From assembly GCF_963921235.1 (NCBI RefSeq), contig NC_086097.1, positions 92,010,001 to 92,074,000 of the forward strand: DNA of 64,000 nt. The letters run 5' to 3'. The stretch comes from Mobula hypostoma (Eukaryota). The position numbers and the translations under genes were made by a program. The notes under the pieces were generated by a model, which was not told the DNA's origin, did not search any database, and saw only the letters and a list, made by a program, of their open reading frames with translations. Shown here in pieces: positions 1 to 13,610 of this stretch; the first letter of the stretch is position 1; every line of letters begins with the position of its first letter.

Positions 1-134
1 AGAAGGAGATGAGTTATTAACTTCAAGCTTTCTGCATAATCACTCAAAGAGTTGAACTGCACGTGCATGTAACGAGAGCTGTATAACTCATCTCCTTCTA
101 CCATAGGCCACGAGCTTATCAATCATCCCTCGTA
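1..134. mobile_element. Mariner-type MITE, right part (left end outside the window)
   Basis: Perfect inverted repeat AGAAGGAGATGAGTTAT (1-17) / ATAACTCATCTCCTTCT (83-99); ends in ...ATCCCTCG-TA like a mariner TIR plus TA target. Confidence 0.65.
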
Positions 135-389
135 CTTCTGTGTTTGACAAAGTTCTCAAAGAACTTTCTAGAGGACATAGCTTGCTGGAGTTTTGGACAT
201 TAAGGAACTTGTGTGCAGTAGTGTTGTCTGTGTAGAGTTCTTCCTGTGGCTGTGTGGGTTTTCTCCAGATTCTCTGATTTTGTTCCACATCCCAAAAACA
301 TGATACTGGTGGGGTAAGTAGCCACTGCAAATTGCCCCTGTTGTAGGCGAGGTGGTAGATCAAGGGGAAAATTGATGAGAATGTAGGTT

Positions 390-1750
390 AAGTGCAAGAA
401 TGATGTTATTCCATTATTCAAGAAGTGAAATAGGAATAATCTTGTAAATTATAGGCCAGTGTCTCATGCCAGTGGTAGGGAAATTGTTGGAGAGGATTTT
501 TAGGGATAGGTTTTATGAGCACTTGGAAAACTGTACCTTAATAAGAACAGTCAGCATAGCTTTGTGTGGGGCAAGTCATGTCTTGCTAACCTGACTGAGT
601 TTTTTCCAGGAGCTATGGATGTTGAAAAGGTCCCTCTTGGATGGCTCTTACAGAAAATTAGGATGGATGGGATTCACAGTAAATGGACTGTTTTGATTCC
701 GAATTGGCTTGCCTGTAGAAAACTGAGGATAGCAGTTGATGGGGCTTCTTCTGGCTGGATGTCTGTACCTAGTGGTGTTCTGCATAGATCTGCACTGGAC
801 CTCTGGTGATTGTGATATATGTATGACTTGGATGAAAATGTAGATGGGTAGTCAGTACGTGTGCAGATGATCTGAAGATTGGGGGTGTTGTGGATAGTGT
901 CAAAGACTGTCAAATGATTCAGTGGGATATAGATCAGTTGCAGGTATGGGTAGATAAATAGCAGATGGAGTTTAACCTGGCTAAGTGCAAAGTGTGGCAG
1001 TTTGGGAGATGAAATATAAATGGACAGTACACTATTAATGGCAAGACCCTTAAGAGCATTGATGGATGGGCAGAGGGATCCTGGGGTCCAAGTCCATAGC
1101 TCCTAGATAGTGGCTACATAGTTTGATAGGGTGATAAGAAGGCATGTAGCATGCTTACTTTTATTAGTCAAGAGTCAGGAAGTTATGTGGCAGCTTTATA
1201 AAACTCTGGCTAGGCCAGATCTGGAATACTGCATTTAATTCTTCTTGTCCCAACACAGGAACGCTGGAGAGGCTGCAGAAAAGGCTTACTGGGATGCTGT
1301 CTGGATTGGAGGGCATTGCTAAAAGGAGAGGTTGAACAAACCTGGGTTTTTTCTCTGAGGCAGCAGAGGCTGAGGGGAGAAATGACAGAAGATTATGAGA
1401 GGCATAGATAGAGCATGCAGCCAGTATCTTTTTCCCAAGGTTGAAATGTCTAATGCCAGAGGGTATACATTTAAGGTGAGAGGGATTAAGTTCAATAGAG
1501 ATGTACTGGCAAAGTTTTTATACACAGAATGGAGGATGCTTGGAATGCACTGCCTGTGATGTTGTGGAGACAAATATAATGGAAGCCTTTAAGAAACTTT
1601 TAGATCGGCACATGAATGTGCAGGAAATGGAAGGATATAGATATAATGTAGGCAGAAGCGATTAGTTCAATTGGGCATTTGATTACTAATTTAATTGGCT
1701 CAGGACAACATTGTGAGCCAAAGGGTCTGTTCCTGTACTGTACCTATGTT
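390..1750 (+). mobile_element. Degraded CR1-clade LINE (RT and 3' end)
   Basis: Frameshifted CR1 ORF2 remnants (NYRPVS, QHSFV.GKSCLANL, SGWMSVPSG, ADDLKIG, WQMEFN..KC) followed by a CR1-type 3' UTR. Confidence 0.8.
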
Positions 1751-2049
1751 CTGTTAGTATAATAATTAACAGTGACTCAATGGGCAAATGTTTCCACTCC
1801 TTATCAGTTCTTTGACAAAGAGGATCATGAAGGGTTTTATGAGAGTGAATAAACAAAACAATTTCTGGTTGATGACCAGAGGAGATTGACGAGAGTGGAA
1901 AAAGACCAGAAGGAAATAAAAACGAAGCAGCTATTTATGGTAATGCCTACATTACCATTGTGAGGACATTTCAAAGTACTTAATTAATCGTTGAGCACTT
2001 TGGAATTTCCTGAGGTGAGGAAAGGTGCCATAAAGAAGCATGTGTCCCT

Positions 2050-2810
2050 GCACAGCAAAGTGTTACACCTGCGACATCACCGCTTCCACGTGAGGTAGTC
2101 TGTCACATGTGAGTTTCACAGGATTATGTTCTCCTGGTGTGTCCTCCTCCACACTGGTGAAACTGGAGATAGGTTGGGGACTGCTTCACCAAGCACTTGT
2201 CATGCCTGCTGCCATCTCCCTGTGTCCAGCTGCTTTATTTCCTCTTAATATTCCTGCACCAACATTCTGCCCACGGTTTCCTCCACTGCCAGGCCAAGGG
2301 TAGATGCAGATTAGGGGAGCAGTACCTCGTATTCTGCCTTGGTGGTCTCCAACCTGACGCACAAACGTCGATTTCTCTAACCTCTGGTAACCGCTCCCCT
2401 CTGTCCCTTTTCCCTATTTATCTTTTTTCTCTCCTTCTGGTCCAACTGCCCCCCCATCACCCTATCTCTTTCCACTTCCCTGTCCTCTCCATCTGCCTAT
2501 CACCCACACATACCTCCCCTGTACTCCTACACAACTCCCTCACTTTATTCCATGATCCACTGTCCTCTCCTATTAGATTCCAATAGCCCTTTGTCATTTT
2601 CACCCATCACCTCCCAGCTTTTAACATAATTTCTACTCTCTGTCATCTCTCATTTGCCTGTCACCCCTGTCACCTGGATTCGCCTATCAGCTGCCAGCTC
2701 CCGGCTAGCCCCTCCCTCCAGCTTTTTATATTGGCACCTTCCCTCTTTCTTTCTAGTCCAGATGAAAGGTCTCGACCCGAAACATCGACACTCCCTTTCC
2801 CTATGTAGAT
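2050..2810 (+). mobile_element. Degraded Penelope-like element 3' end (GIY-YIG tail, pyrimidine-rich pLTR, degenerate hammerhead at 2755-2790)
   Basis: RLGEQYLVFCLGGLQPD motif in ORF 2197-2586; AGTCCAGATGAAAGGTCTCGACCCGAAACATCGAC. Confidence 0.7.
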
Positions 2811-4216
2811 CAGAATCATATTTAAAGTCCTAGGCATATGTTGTGAAGGTTGTTTTTACACAGCAGCAGTTCATTGCTTACATAATAAAAAACTAAATTC
2901 TGGTAAGAAGTCTGTGTGTATGTGTATATATAATCTGTATTTAAAAAGTTAAATTAAACAAGTAGTGCAAAAAGAGAGAGAGAAAATAGTGAGGTAGTGC
3001 TCTTGGGCTCATTGTCCATTAGAAATCTGATAGCAGAATTGTTGAGTGTGTGCCTCCTCCCTGATGGTGGCAATGAGAAGAGGGGTTGTTCTGGGTGATG
3101 GGGGTCCTTAACGATGAATGCTGCCTTTTTGAGGCATCACCTCTGGAAGATGTCTTGGATAGTGCCCATGATAGGGCTGACTGAGTTTAAAATTTTCTGC
3201 AGCAGTAACTCCTGTGCTTTGGGTGCTGATACTGTATCATTCTGTCTCTCTGATACAGGTGAGCTGACTCTCTCTGAGAACACCTTGAGGCTATTGCAAC
3301 AGTTTAGCTGAGGCATGATTTTTGCCTTTTCATACTCTTTTGACATTAGGTGATGGGTGCTGTCCAAACTTCCATAGCTTTCACAACTTTCCACTGTTCG
3401 TCATTCACACTTTAAAATTCCAGGTGTGGAAAATTAACTTGAGCTGGCACTGAGACAGAACATGACGTAACTCAATAATGAAAAGCGGAAGGAGTCATTC
3501 TTTCAGGCTATTTATTTCTGTTCTGTATTATTGAAGCGAAATACACCATTACATCTTTTTTCCCTTGAACATTAGAACAGCAAAGAGACTTCAGACTTAA
3601 GATATTTTCAAAGTGCCATTAAGGAGCAAAATATGGCAGACTTGTAAACAGAAAGCTCCCACAAACAGTGTGCTAACGTTTGGGTGACATTGTATATTGC
3701 AAAAAACTATAGATGTTAGAGTTATCAGTAGGTGACAACATTTGTGAAGAGAGAAACAAAGTTAATGTTTAATAGTTCCTGTTTTTACATGTCCAGCAGA
3801 CCAATCATCTCCCTTTAATGCGCATTGACTACTGTCTGTTAGATGACACCAGTTGCATTCTCATGGTCTCCACCATGGCGGATATAACCTTTGTCCTCTG
3901 CATCCATTACTCACCTCTGCAATTTAAAACACTTCTTGTTTTCTCCTTCTCCCTGTTCTGATAAAAGGCCATCAACATGAAATATTAACTCTCTCACACT
4001 TCTGTCGCCCGGATTTAATGCTGAGCTTGGGTGCATTCTGTGTGGAGTTTGAATGTTCTTCCTGTGTCTGCATGAGGCACTCGACCAAGAGATCATAAAC
4101 ATAAACTGTAAATCCAACAGGTCCTTGGAATAAATTACTTTAGCAAAACAGAGGGCAAAACTCATAGTTCTTACTACTGCATGCCCTTATGGTAGGAGAG
4201 AATTATAGGGATGCAT

Positions 4217-4288
4217 ATACTGTGCTGTGTAGAAGTCTTAGGCACATATATATAGCTAGGGAGCCTAAGACTTTTGCACAATACTGTA
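4217..4288. mobile_element. About 70-bp palindromic Tc1-like MITE
   Basis: TA-C..TG.TGTG.A.AAGTCTTAGGCAC / G.GCCTAAGACTTTTGCACA.TACTG-TA; related copies at 46423-46489 and 46773-46817. Confidence 0.65.
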
Positions 4289-5605
4289 GTAATTTTATCT
4301 ATTGCACTGCACTGCTGCAAAAAAAAGATATACCCGTTTGTAGGTTAATTGGTCATTGTAAATTGCCCCAATCAGGGATTGCTAGACAGTGTGGTTTGAA
4401 GGATGATTCCGTGCTGTATCCCAATAAAAAATTTATGAAAACTTTGCCAGGAAGGGCACGTCCTGACTCAGGCAGAAAAAGCCTTTATTTTCGGTCTGTT
4501 TCATGGCACTTTTATTTGCTGTTTGCTAACCTTCTTTGGCTCTGCTGCCTCTGCGCAGTGTACTTGAGTCAGGAGGCTCAATCTTGGGTCTCATCCTTTA
4601 TTCCTGTGCGATATTGGTTTCACAATCAGAAGTGCTGTCTGTTGGAAAGGATAACAAAAACCTAGACCTTACGTAGACTTAGATGGAAGTGAAAGATGCA
4701 AAGCTAGTGTCACAAAGAGGGGTTCTCCCCAGTGACTAAGCCTGACAATATTACTGAAAAAAGATTTTACAGGTTTTCTGACATCAAGTGTGGGTGATAG
4801 TCTGGGACATGACTTTCCATAATGTAAAACTGCATCATTTGTGCATGTGTCAAGAAATGCGAGTTGTTTATTTCTTTATTTGTTCACGTAAGTTTTGCTG
4901 GAAAAAATTATTATTTCATACTTAAAAATTATTGTGTAGTGATTCGTGAATTCTGTATGGGTTATTACCCAAATGGCTGTAATGCAGAGTCTCCTGTATC
5001 GTTTTAGGATCCTTTGTATATCGCTTTGTATAATGTTTCCAAAATTATAACGTATGTGCATATTTACGAATGATGATAATGGAGTTGTTAGGCTGAAAGT
5101 GCTTTCAGGTCTTGACATGCAGAATACAAGGGCCCGTTTATCTTTTATAGCCCTTCCTAATTAAATTGAGAAAGCTTGTCCATTCTACCTGCTGAAGGGT
5201 CTTTGCCCCAGACGTCGACTGTTTACTCTTTTCCTTAGCTGCTGCCTAGCCCTGCTGAGTTCCTCTACCATTTTGTGTGTGTTGCTCGGATTTCCAGCTT
5301 CTGCAGATTTTCTCTTGTTTGTCCATTCTAGTTGCTTTGCGGGATTTTAGAATTTGTTCATTCTTTGGTAGCCAGGCTTTACAGTTATTTGTTACCTACC
5401 CTTAACCACCTTTGGGATGTGGTGCTGAGTCATTTCTTGAACTACTGCAGTCCTTTGGGAGAGGGTACTCTCTGGCACTCTTAGGGAGGGAGTTGCAAGA
5501 TTCAGGCTCAGTAATGAAGGAACTGTGCTAAATCAGGATTGCATGTGACGTGGAGAGAAAGGCGCTGCTGATTCCATTCATCTATTGACTTGTCCTACTT
5601 TGTGG

Positions 5606-6578
5606 CAAACACGAGGAATTCTGCAGATGCTGGAAATTCAAGCAACACACATCAAAGTTGCTGGTGAACGCAGCAGGCCAGGCAGCATCTCTAGGAAGAG
5701 GTACAGTTGACGTTTCAGGCCGAGACCCTTCGTCAGGACTAACTGAAGGAAGAGCTAGTAAGAGATTTGAAAGTGGGAGGGGGAGGGGGAGATCCACAAT
5801 GATAGGAGAAGACAGGAGGGGGAGGGATGGAGCCAAGAGCTGGACAGGTGATTGGCAAAAGGGATATGAGACGATCATGGGACTGGAGGCCTAGGGAGAA
5901 AGAAAAGTGGGGGGGACCCAGAGGATGGGGAAGGGGTATAGTGAGAGGGACAGAGGGAGAAAAAAGAGAGAGAGAAAAAGAATGTGTGCATACAATTTGA
6001 GAAAGCGGGATCTCCCAGTGGCCCCACATTTTAATTCCACATCCCATTCCCATTCTGACATGTCTATCCACGGTCTCCTCTACTGTAAAGATGAAGCTAC
6101 ACTCAGGTTGGAGGAACAACACCTTATATTCCGTCTGGGTAGCCTCCAACCTGATGGCATGAACATTGACCTCTCAAACTTCCGCTAATGCCCCACCTCC
6201 CCCTCGTACCCCATCCGTTATTTATTTATATGCACACATTCTTTTTCTCTCTCTCCTTTTTCTCCCTCTGTCCCTTTCACTATACCCCTTGCCCATCCTC
6301 TGGGTTCCCCCCCCTTTTCTTTCTCCCTAGGCCTCCTGTCCCATGATCCTCTCATATCCCTTTTGCCTATCACCTGTCCAGCTCTTGGCTCCATCCCTCC
6401 CCCTCCTGGCTTCTTCTATCATTTTGGATCTCCCCCTCCCCCTCCCACTATCAAATCTCTTACTAGCTCTTCTTTCAGTTAGTCCTGATGAAGGGTCTCG
6501 GCCCAAAACGTTGACTGTACCTCTTCCCAGAGATGCTGCCTGGCCTGCTGCTTTCAGCAGCAACTTTGATGTGTGTTA
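5606..6578 (+). mobile_element. Penelope-like element with inverted pseudo-LTRs flanking the GIY-YIG endonuclease C-terminus
   Basis: About 350-bp inverted repeat (5642-5991 vs 6229-6578; mirrored ORFs 5658-5894+ and 6327-6563-). The core encodes PVAPHFNSTSHSHSDMSIHGLLYC..RLEEQHLIFRLGSLQPDGMN. Confidence 0.85.
5705..5740 (-). ncRNA. Minimal type-I hammerhead ribozyme motif, complete catalytic core
   Basis: Minus strand AGTC-CTGACGA-A-GGGTC-TC-GGCCT-GAAA-C-GTC-AACT: CUGANGA and GAAA boxes, stem II, GUC cleavage triplet; one mismatch in stem I. Confidence 0.7.
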
Positions 6579-9500
6579 CTTTGTGGCTTAGGTCGGAATG
6601 AAGGGCAGACTACAGAAGTAACTGCAGTGCATTTGTAGCCTGTACACACAGCAGCTCCTGTGTAATGGTGGTAGAGAGTGTGAATGCTTAAGCTGCTAGT
6701 GGTCGGAGTACCAGGCAAAGAGGCTGCTTTGAAGTGGATGTTGCTGAGAGGCATTGGAGTTGAACTCATCTCATTTTGATTTGTGTCTTGTAGAATTTGG
6801 AAAGGCCTAGGGCGTCAAGAAGAGATACACGTGCTGCAAGATACTCTGACTGTGACCTGTTCTTGCATCTATAGTATTTATGTAGCTGGTCTGGTTGAGT
6901 TTCTGGTCAATGCTGACCTCAAGAAACTCAGTGATGTTAGTGCCATTGAACATAAAGGGTGGGTGGAGACCCTGTTGTTGGTATCGTTGCCCAATACTTT
7001 CATAGCACAAATGTTCTTAGCTACCTATCAAGGACTTGCTGCACGCAGGCATGGGCTGCTTCATTGGCCGAGAAGTTATAAATAGAATTGAGTATTGTGC
7101 ATTTATTAGCAAGTATCCCTAGTCCTAACCTTTGATGAAAGGAGGTTATTGATGAAGCAGTTGAATATAGTTGGGTCTAGGACCATCAACAATGATGTTG
7201 TAATCTCCGATAATCATGAGCACTGGAGTGTTTTCCCTTTGACCATTGATTTACCAGGTGGTACCTTTGTATCATTCTCTATCAAATTGATATGCAGAAC
7301 ACCTTTATTCACCTCTCCTCTGGAACTCAGTCCTTGGTGATGATAAGACCATGAGATTTCGGAGCAGAATTTGGCTCATTGAGTTTGCTCCGCCATTTCA
7401 TCATGGCTGATCCATTTTCCCTGTCAGCCCCAATCTCCTGCCTTCTCCCCGTATCCCTTCATGCCCCGACTAATCAAGAATCTATCAACCTCTGCCTGAA
7501 ATATACCCAGTGACTTGGCCTCCACAGCCACCTAAGGCAACAAGTTCCACAGATTCAGCACTCTCTGAATGTCTGGAGCTAAGTGGTCTTAGCAAAACCA
7601 CAAGAGGCATCACTGAGCAGGATGTTGGATAAGTAAGTACTGCTCGATAGCATTGTTAAAGAAGCTTCCACCACTTGGCTGGTGATGGACTGTACACTGA
7701 TTGGGTGGGAATTAGGCAGAAAGGATTTTTGTGAATTGAATATAAATTTGTAGTCTTCCGTATCATCTGGCAACCTTGGTGATATAAATGCATTGAAACT
7801 AGAGATATGGCCTAGTTCCAGAGAGTAAGCCTCTAACACAGGGCAAATGTTGCCATCGCTTTATCTAGTTCTCTCATCCATTTCTTGATACCATATAAAA
7901 TGACTGAAATGGCTGAAAATTGCCCTGTGTGAAGGTGAGATGGATACCATTTCTTAAAGACTTCTGCATACATGGTTGTAAATACCTCAGCTTTACCTGT
8001 AGTACTCACGTGCTGGTCCTGCCATCGCTGAGGATGAGGTTGAAGCTCCCACTTCCTGTTAGCCTCTTAATTATACGCCTGCAGTCCCACTCAGACCTTG
8101 GGGCTTCAGCCTGATTCACTGGTCACAAGACCTCTCAGCTTTGTCTGTCGCCTACAGCTTTTGTAATTTACAGTCTGCATTATCTTTGTTTTTTTTTTGA
8201 CCATCTTGGTACCTCAATATTTTACTGTTGGCTGGCTGCTACGTCCTGCTCATCCTTTGATTCCCCTGGTTTGACTGTGATGATAAAGTGAGGGATGTGT
8301 CAGGCAAGAAGTCACAGATTGTGGTGGTGTACATTTCTGCTGCCACTGTTGATAGTTCACAGCTTCCGGAACTGTGATTACTCTGTTCAACATGAACATC
8401 TTGTCATACAACACGTGGTGGGTGTGCTGGGTATAAAGACACGACTTTGTCTCCAAAAGTGCAGTGGCCGTATTATTGAAGTGGAACCCGTAAATTTCTG
8501 ATAATTAGCATTTCCTACTACACTGTGCACCATTCTGTTATTTTTGCCCCGGTCGCTGACATATTCACTGTTTACACTGAGCTTCACGCAAGTCAAAAAA
8601 TTTGATTGCACCTTGGTGAGTGTAAAATGATCTGAGGTCACAAGAAAATGTTTAGACACGCAAGTTCTTTGCTTTGTTTTCTCTGACTACTATCCCTTAT
8701 CTGCTGTGTCCAACAGGCAGTGAGAATCATTCGAGACATGTTTCCCCTCAGCCAGCCAACAGTTTCACCGTTACCTACACCACTCCGATAGTATGTGTGG
8801 TATTGGAAAAGGAAGGCATGGTTCAATTGACATGGCAACGTGAAATTTTATAGGAATTGTGCTGCAAAGTCCGGCGAGATCCATCTAGAACTTTACTTCA
8901 GGAGGTGCTATACTTGAGTTGTATACACTACAGATCTGATATTTCAGATTAATGCATTTATTATGGAGATACAGTGTGGAATAGGCCCTTCTGGCCTTTC
9001 AAACTGCTCCACCCAGCAATCCCCCAATTTTAATCCTAGCCTAATCACGGGACAATTTATAATGACCAATGAACCTACCAACCGGCCAAGCAATTAATCA
9101 TGATTTATATGTTGTCAGCTCATATTTCCTCTTATTTTAGGCTAAGATTGATATTCATAGTTGGCAACGCACACAAATTGCTGGAGGAACTCAGCAGGCC
9201 AGGCAGCATCTACAAAAAAATAGAGTCGGATGTTTTGGGCCGAGACCCTTTGACTATACATAGTTGGGGCTGTCAGGCCAATGTTACAGCTGTTGAACTT
9301 ATGCACATCACTAGGATGACAAATGTTGTTGCATACTAATGACTCATCTCACAACATTGAAATCATAATCATAGAAATAGGCTGCATTCACCAGCAACTT
9401 TTATGTGTGTCAGTTGATTTAACAGGTCAGTCACCTAGCATATGAGATCTCTTCCTCCAGGATCTCCACCTGTTCTTTTCTCCTGCATGTATTTATTCTC

Positions 9501-11645
9501 TATAAATGTATCAGTACTATTTGCCTCAGTTGCTGATGCAGAAGGTCGAGCATCAGACTTTCAGTGAACATTGGACAGTGTGGAGTGTTGTTCCTTCAAA
9601 GGCCACACTCAATCATCTACAGGGCTCTCGGCTGCAGCTTGCTGGGATACTGGCCTTTCATTTTCTCCTATAATTGATCAACTGAGAACAAATTTAGAAA
9701 TTCCAAGCGCAAGTCATATTGAGCACAGGTTGAATATTCAGCCATTTTTTTGGGAAACATGGCCAACTTCATAAGAATGTAATGTTACAACATTGCAAAA
9801 ATTGCATTAAATAGGGTTGTTCTAAATAAAATGTTGAAATCTGCCTTATTCTTTTGTGCTTGATAACTAAAGTGCATTTTTACCAATTTTTGTAGCGTTT
9901 TTTAAAGATAACCTTTTTAAACACAGCATTAAAAGGCATCTTTGAAATAGATGTTTTTTAAATAAATAAACTGACCATGACAAGTGAAAAGATCAAAGTA
10001 TTTTTAACTTGTATTTAATTATTCAAAATTGAGTTGTGCGTCATTGGTGGTTTGACACTGGTTAATTTTTGTGATAAACAGATTTTGGTTTTGTTAATGG
10101 AAATGTAGCAGTTTAGTACCTTTAATGTAGCGACAGATACTTTTAAAACACGTTTTTACAAAGATGCCACATTCTAAAATGCAGCCTTACTTTGATTCTT
10201 TATGGAAGATGTGACATTTGAAAATATTCAAATAAAGTTTTGCAAAAACACTTGAGGAAAACAGTTCACAACAGTAACTCTTGGGAATACATTTTTTAAT
10301 TTGAGAAAGTGTCTCACGGGGCTTCAAAGAGGCATAAAGAGACGAAAGCTGGAGTAGCAATTGGATGAGGGAGAGCGAAAGCTTTGTTAAAGAAGGGCTT
10401 TAAGGAGGAATTTTGCTTCCTTCTCCACAGGGTACATAAATTTAGGATCAAGTATGTAAAAACGTTGCTCCACTACTCAACGTAATCTTGGGTGATCATC
10501 TCCTTCAGTTCCCCGTTTGATGTCTTTTCCCTTATCCTGTGATCCCTCTATCATCAAGAAATGCATCAACCTCCTCATTTGATATATTTGATGAAGTCCT
10601 GATGAAGGGTCTCAGCCCAAAACATCGACTGTTTACTCTTTTCTTTAGGTGCCGCCTGGCCTGCTGAGTTCCTCCAGCATTTTGTGTGTGTTGCTCGGAT
10701 TTCTAGCATCTGCAGATTTTCTCTTGTTTGGCATTCAATATGTTTAATGGCTTGGTCTCCACTGGCTTTCGTGGTAGAGCAACACACACAAAAGTTTACC
10801 ACTCTGCTGGTTTTGCCTTACTCCAGATATCACAGTTCATAATATAAACAAAAACTGACAAGCAACCAATGTGGAAAAGAAAATAGGACACGTTTTGTCC
10901 CACTTCAAACCCTTCTCCCAATGCCATTGACTCAGATTTTGCCCGATGACACCCTTTTAAAACATTGATGATGCTTTTCGAAACTGGAAAGTGAATGAGG
11001 CTCCAAGCTGGCACAAACATTTCAAAATGCAGATTTTGGGATCTGAATGAAATATACTTAACAGACTTATTTCCAGTCAGAGGGGGGATATGGGTCAGGG
11101 ATGAGGATAGCCAGGTGACATGTGGGCATCAGAGAGATCCGTAACTGTAAGATAGCTACTAAAATAATGTCCAGCAAGGAGCCTAGGATAAGCCACTTTA
11201 CCCAAAGAGTGGTGAGAATGTGGGACTTGCTACCACAGGAGTGGTTGAAGTAACTACCACAAACATGCTTAAGGAGATGAGCATATAGGAGGAGAATATA
11301 GTTGTAGGTTTTGATACTTGCAGAGCATAGATCTGACAGGGTAGCTGTAGGTTAATTCTTGTGCTGTACGTTCTCCTTCAGTTTGTGAAGTATAATTTCT
11401 GGCGCTCACTGCTTAACAAGTCAGCTAACCACACAGTGTTTTTGTTTCTGAATCCGTTGAGCAAGATATTTAAATATCTCTGCAGCTCTGCTCTTCACTT
11501 CGGAACAGGTGGCTAGGCCACGTTGTCTCACAGATAATCACAAGAAAGGGAGGAGTCTACGCACTGCCAACATTCAAAAAAAGTTGCCACAAGAACCACA
11601 GCAAGATCACACTCAGAGTGTGGCCTTGTAATGTCTCTGCTGTTT

Positions 11646-11727
11646 CCTCACGCTCTCCTGCTCTCTCTCTGTCTCTCTATCTCTCACACAATCTTTCTCT
11701 CTCTCTCTCTCTCTCTGTCTCTCTCCA

Positions 11728-11782
<55 letters not shown>

Positions 11783-11840
11783 ATCTCTCTCTCTCTCTCT
11801 TCCCCCCTCCCCCCTCCCTCCCTCCCTCTCCCTCCCTCCC
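11646..11840. repeat. (CT)n/(CTCTAT)n microsatellite grading into a C-rich tract
   Basis: Directly visible polypyrimidine repeat. Confidence 0.95.
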
Positions 11841-12699
11841 TTGCTGGGTGGTAACCTGTAAAGTTTAATGGAACTCATTGTCGCTGATGCAAGCTCTGTT
11901 CTAAGCTGATCATGACAGTACTTTGTAATTGGAACAGCCGCTAGCAGCGACAGTTTGCCTTCTTTTCTCTTGTCCTGATGCCATATAGCATTTCCAGTTT
12001 GACCCCATCTGATGCAGTATTCTTCAGAGGTCAGAAGATCACATCAGGCACCAGTTCCACATAGGGTAATCCCCACAGCAGTAGTGAAAAGGATACAAAA
12101 TCATTTCTTGCTGCCATGGTGCTCAGAAGCTGCAGTCTATTGGTTGGAATGATAGAGTCCTACAGCAGACAGCAAACTCCTTAGCCTATTTAGTCCATGC
12201 CAACGAGCTCCCATCCACACTGCTCTCCCCACACTCCCACCACCCCACCCTCTCTCAAACTCCACCACCCACCCACACACTCTGGTCAATGCAAAGTGCC
12301 CAATTAACCAGCCTTTGGGATTGGGGGAGGGGGGTAAACCAGAGCCTGGGGAGGGATGTGGAGTGGGGGGTTGGTGGCGGGGGGGCAAAGGTTGTGTTCA
12401 GTGGGCTTGGGGACTGTGGAGACTCAGGGGAGGTCAGGTTCTGGGATTTGGAGCTGTTAGTGGAACCACTGCCTCGCTCCGTCAGAGACCTGATTTTGGG
12501 AGCTGTCGGCGTGGAGTCTGCATGCTCCCCTTCTGACCACATGGGATTCCCTTAGGTGTTCCAGTTTTCTCATGTATCCCATAGACATGTGGATCGGGAG
12601 GCTATTTGGCCACTGTAGGTGAAGTTGTAGAATTTGGGAGGAGTTGAAGGGAATCAGGGGCGAATTAAAAATATGATTAATATAGGCTTAGTCTTCAAA

Positions 12700-13610
12700 G
12701 TTCAAAGTTTGAGTAAATTTATTATCAAAGAATGTATATGTAACCACATACTACAAACTAGTACATTGAAGTTTACTTTTTGCAGGCATTTGCAGGAAAA
12801 ATAAAGCAATACAATATAATGTATGAGAAAACAACTATAAACAAAGTGACAAGCAACTAATGGGCAAACTGTGTAAATAAAAGAAAATTTAAACTGAGGA
12901 CACGAGCTGTACAGAGTCCTTGAAAGACAGTCTGTAGGTCATAGAAACAGTTCAGAGTTGCGGTGAGTGAAGTTACCCACAGCAGCTCAGGAGCCTGATG
13001 GTTGTAGGGTAATAACTGTTCCTGAACCCGGTGGTTTGGGTTGTAAAGGCTTCTGTATCTCCTGCCTGATGGTCGTAGTGACAAGAGAGCACAGCCTGGA
13101 AGGTGAGGGTCTGTGATGATGGATGCTGTTTTCTTGTGTCAGCACCCCATGTGTGTGTAGTCAGTGGTGGGGAGGGCTTTACCTGTGATGGACTGGGCTG
13201 TATCCACCACTTTCTGTAGTCTTTTCCATTCCTGGGCACTGGTGTTAACGTACAGGCCATGATGTAAATCTATACCATTTCTGAGCAAGTAGAGACATTG
13301 TCATACCTTCTTTGTGATCCTCTGATATTTTAAAGCCAAGCAATGTAAAGGTATTGACCCTCTCCACCCCTGAATCCCTAATGAAGACTGGCTCACGGGG
13401 TCAATAATCAGCTGTTTAGTTTTGCCGCCGCTGACTGAAAGGTTGTTGTTGTAGCGCCATTCAACCAGATCTTCAATCTCCCTCCTGTATGTCAGTTCAC
13501 CACCAGCTTTGATTTAGCCAGCATCCATGGTGTGGTCAGGAAACTTAAAATATGACATTGGAGCTGTATTTAGCCTCATAGTCATAGGTATAAAGTGAGT
13601 AAAGCACTGT
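12700..13610 (-). mobile_element. Degraded Rex/Babar-type LINE
   Basis: Minus-strand remnants such as LRPSGRRYRSL and FRNSYYPTTIRLL, and an RT SAAAKLNS region. Confidence 0.7.

Noticed and set aside
4189..4665. 158-aa ORF
   Set aside because: Runs through a MITE and a SINE fragment; chimeric by chance (only the part after 4558 is kept as an exon candidate).
5069..5120. C/D box snoRNA (ATGATGA...CTGA)
   Set aside because: Boxes are too close together, with no terminal stem or recognisable guide.
11618..11878. SL-rich and ER-rich ORFs
   Set aside because: Products of the (CT)n microsatellite.
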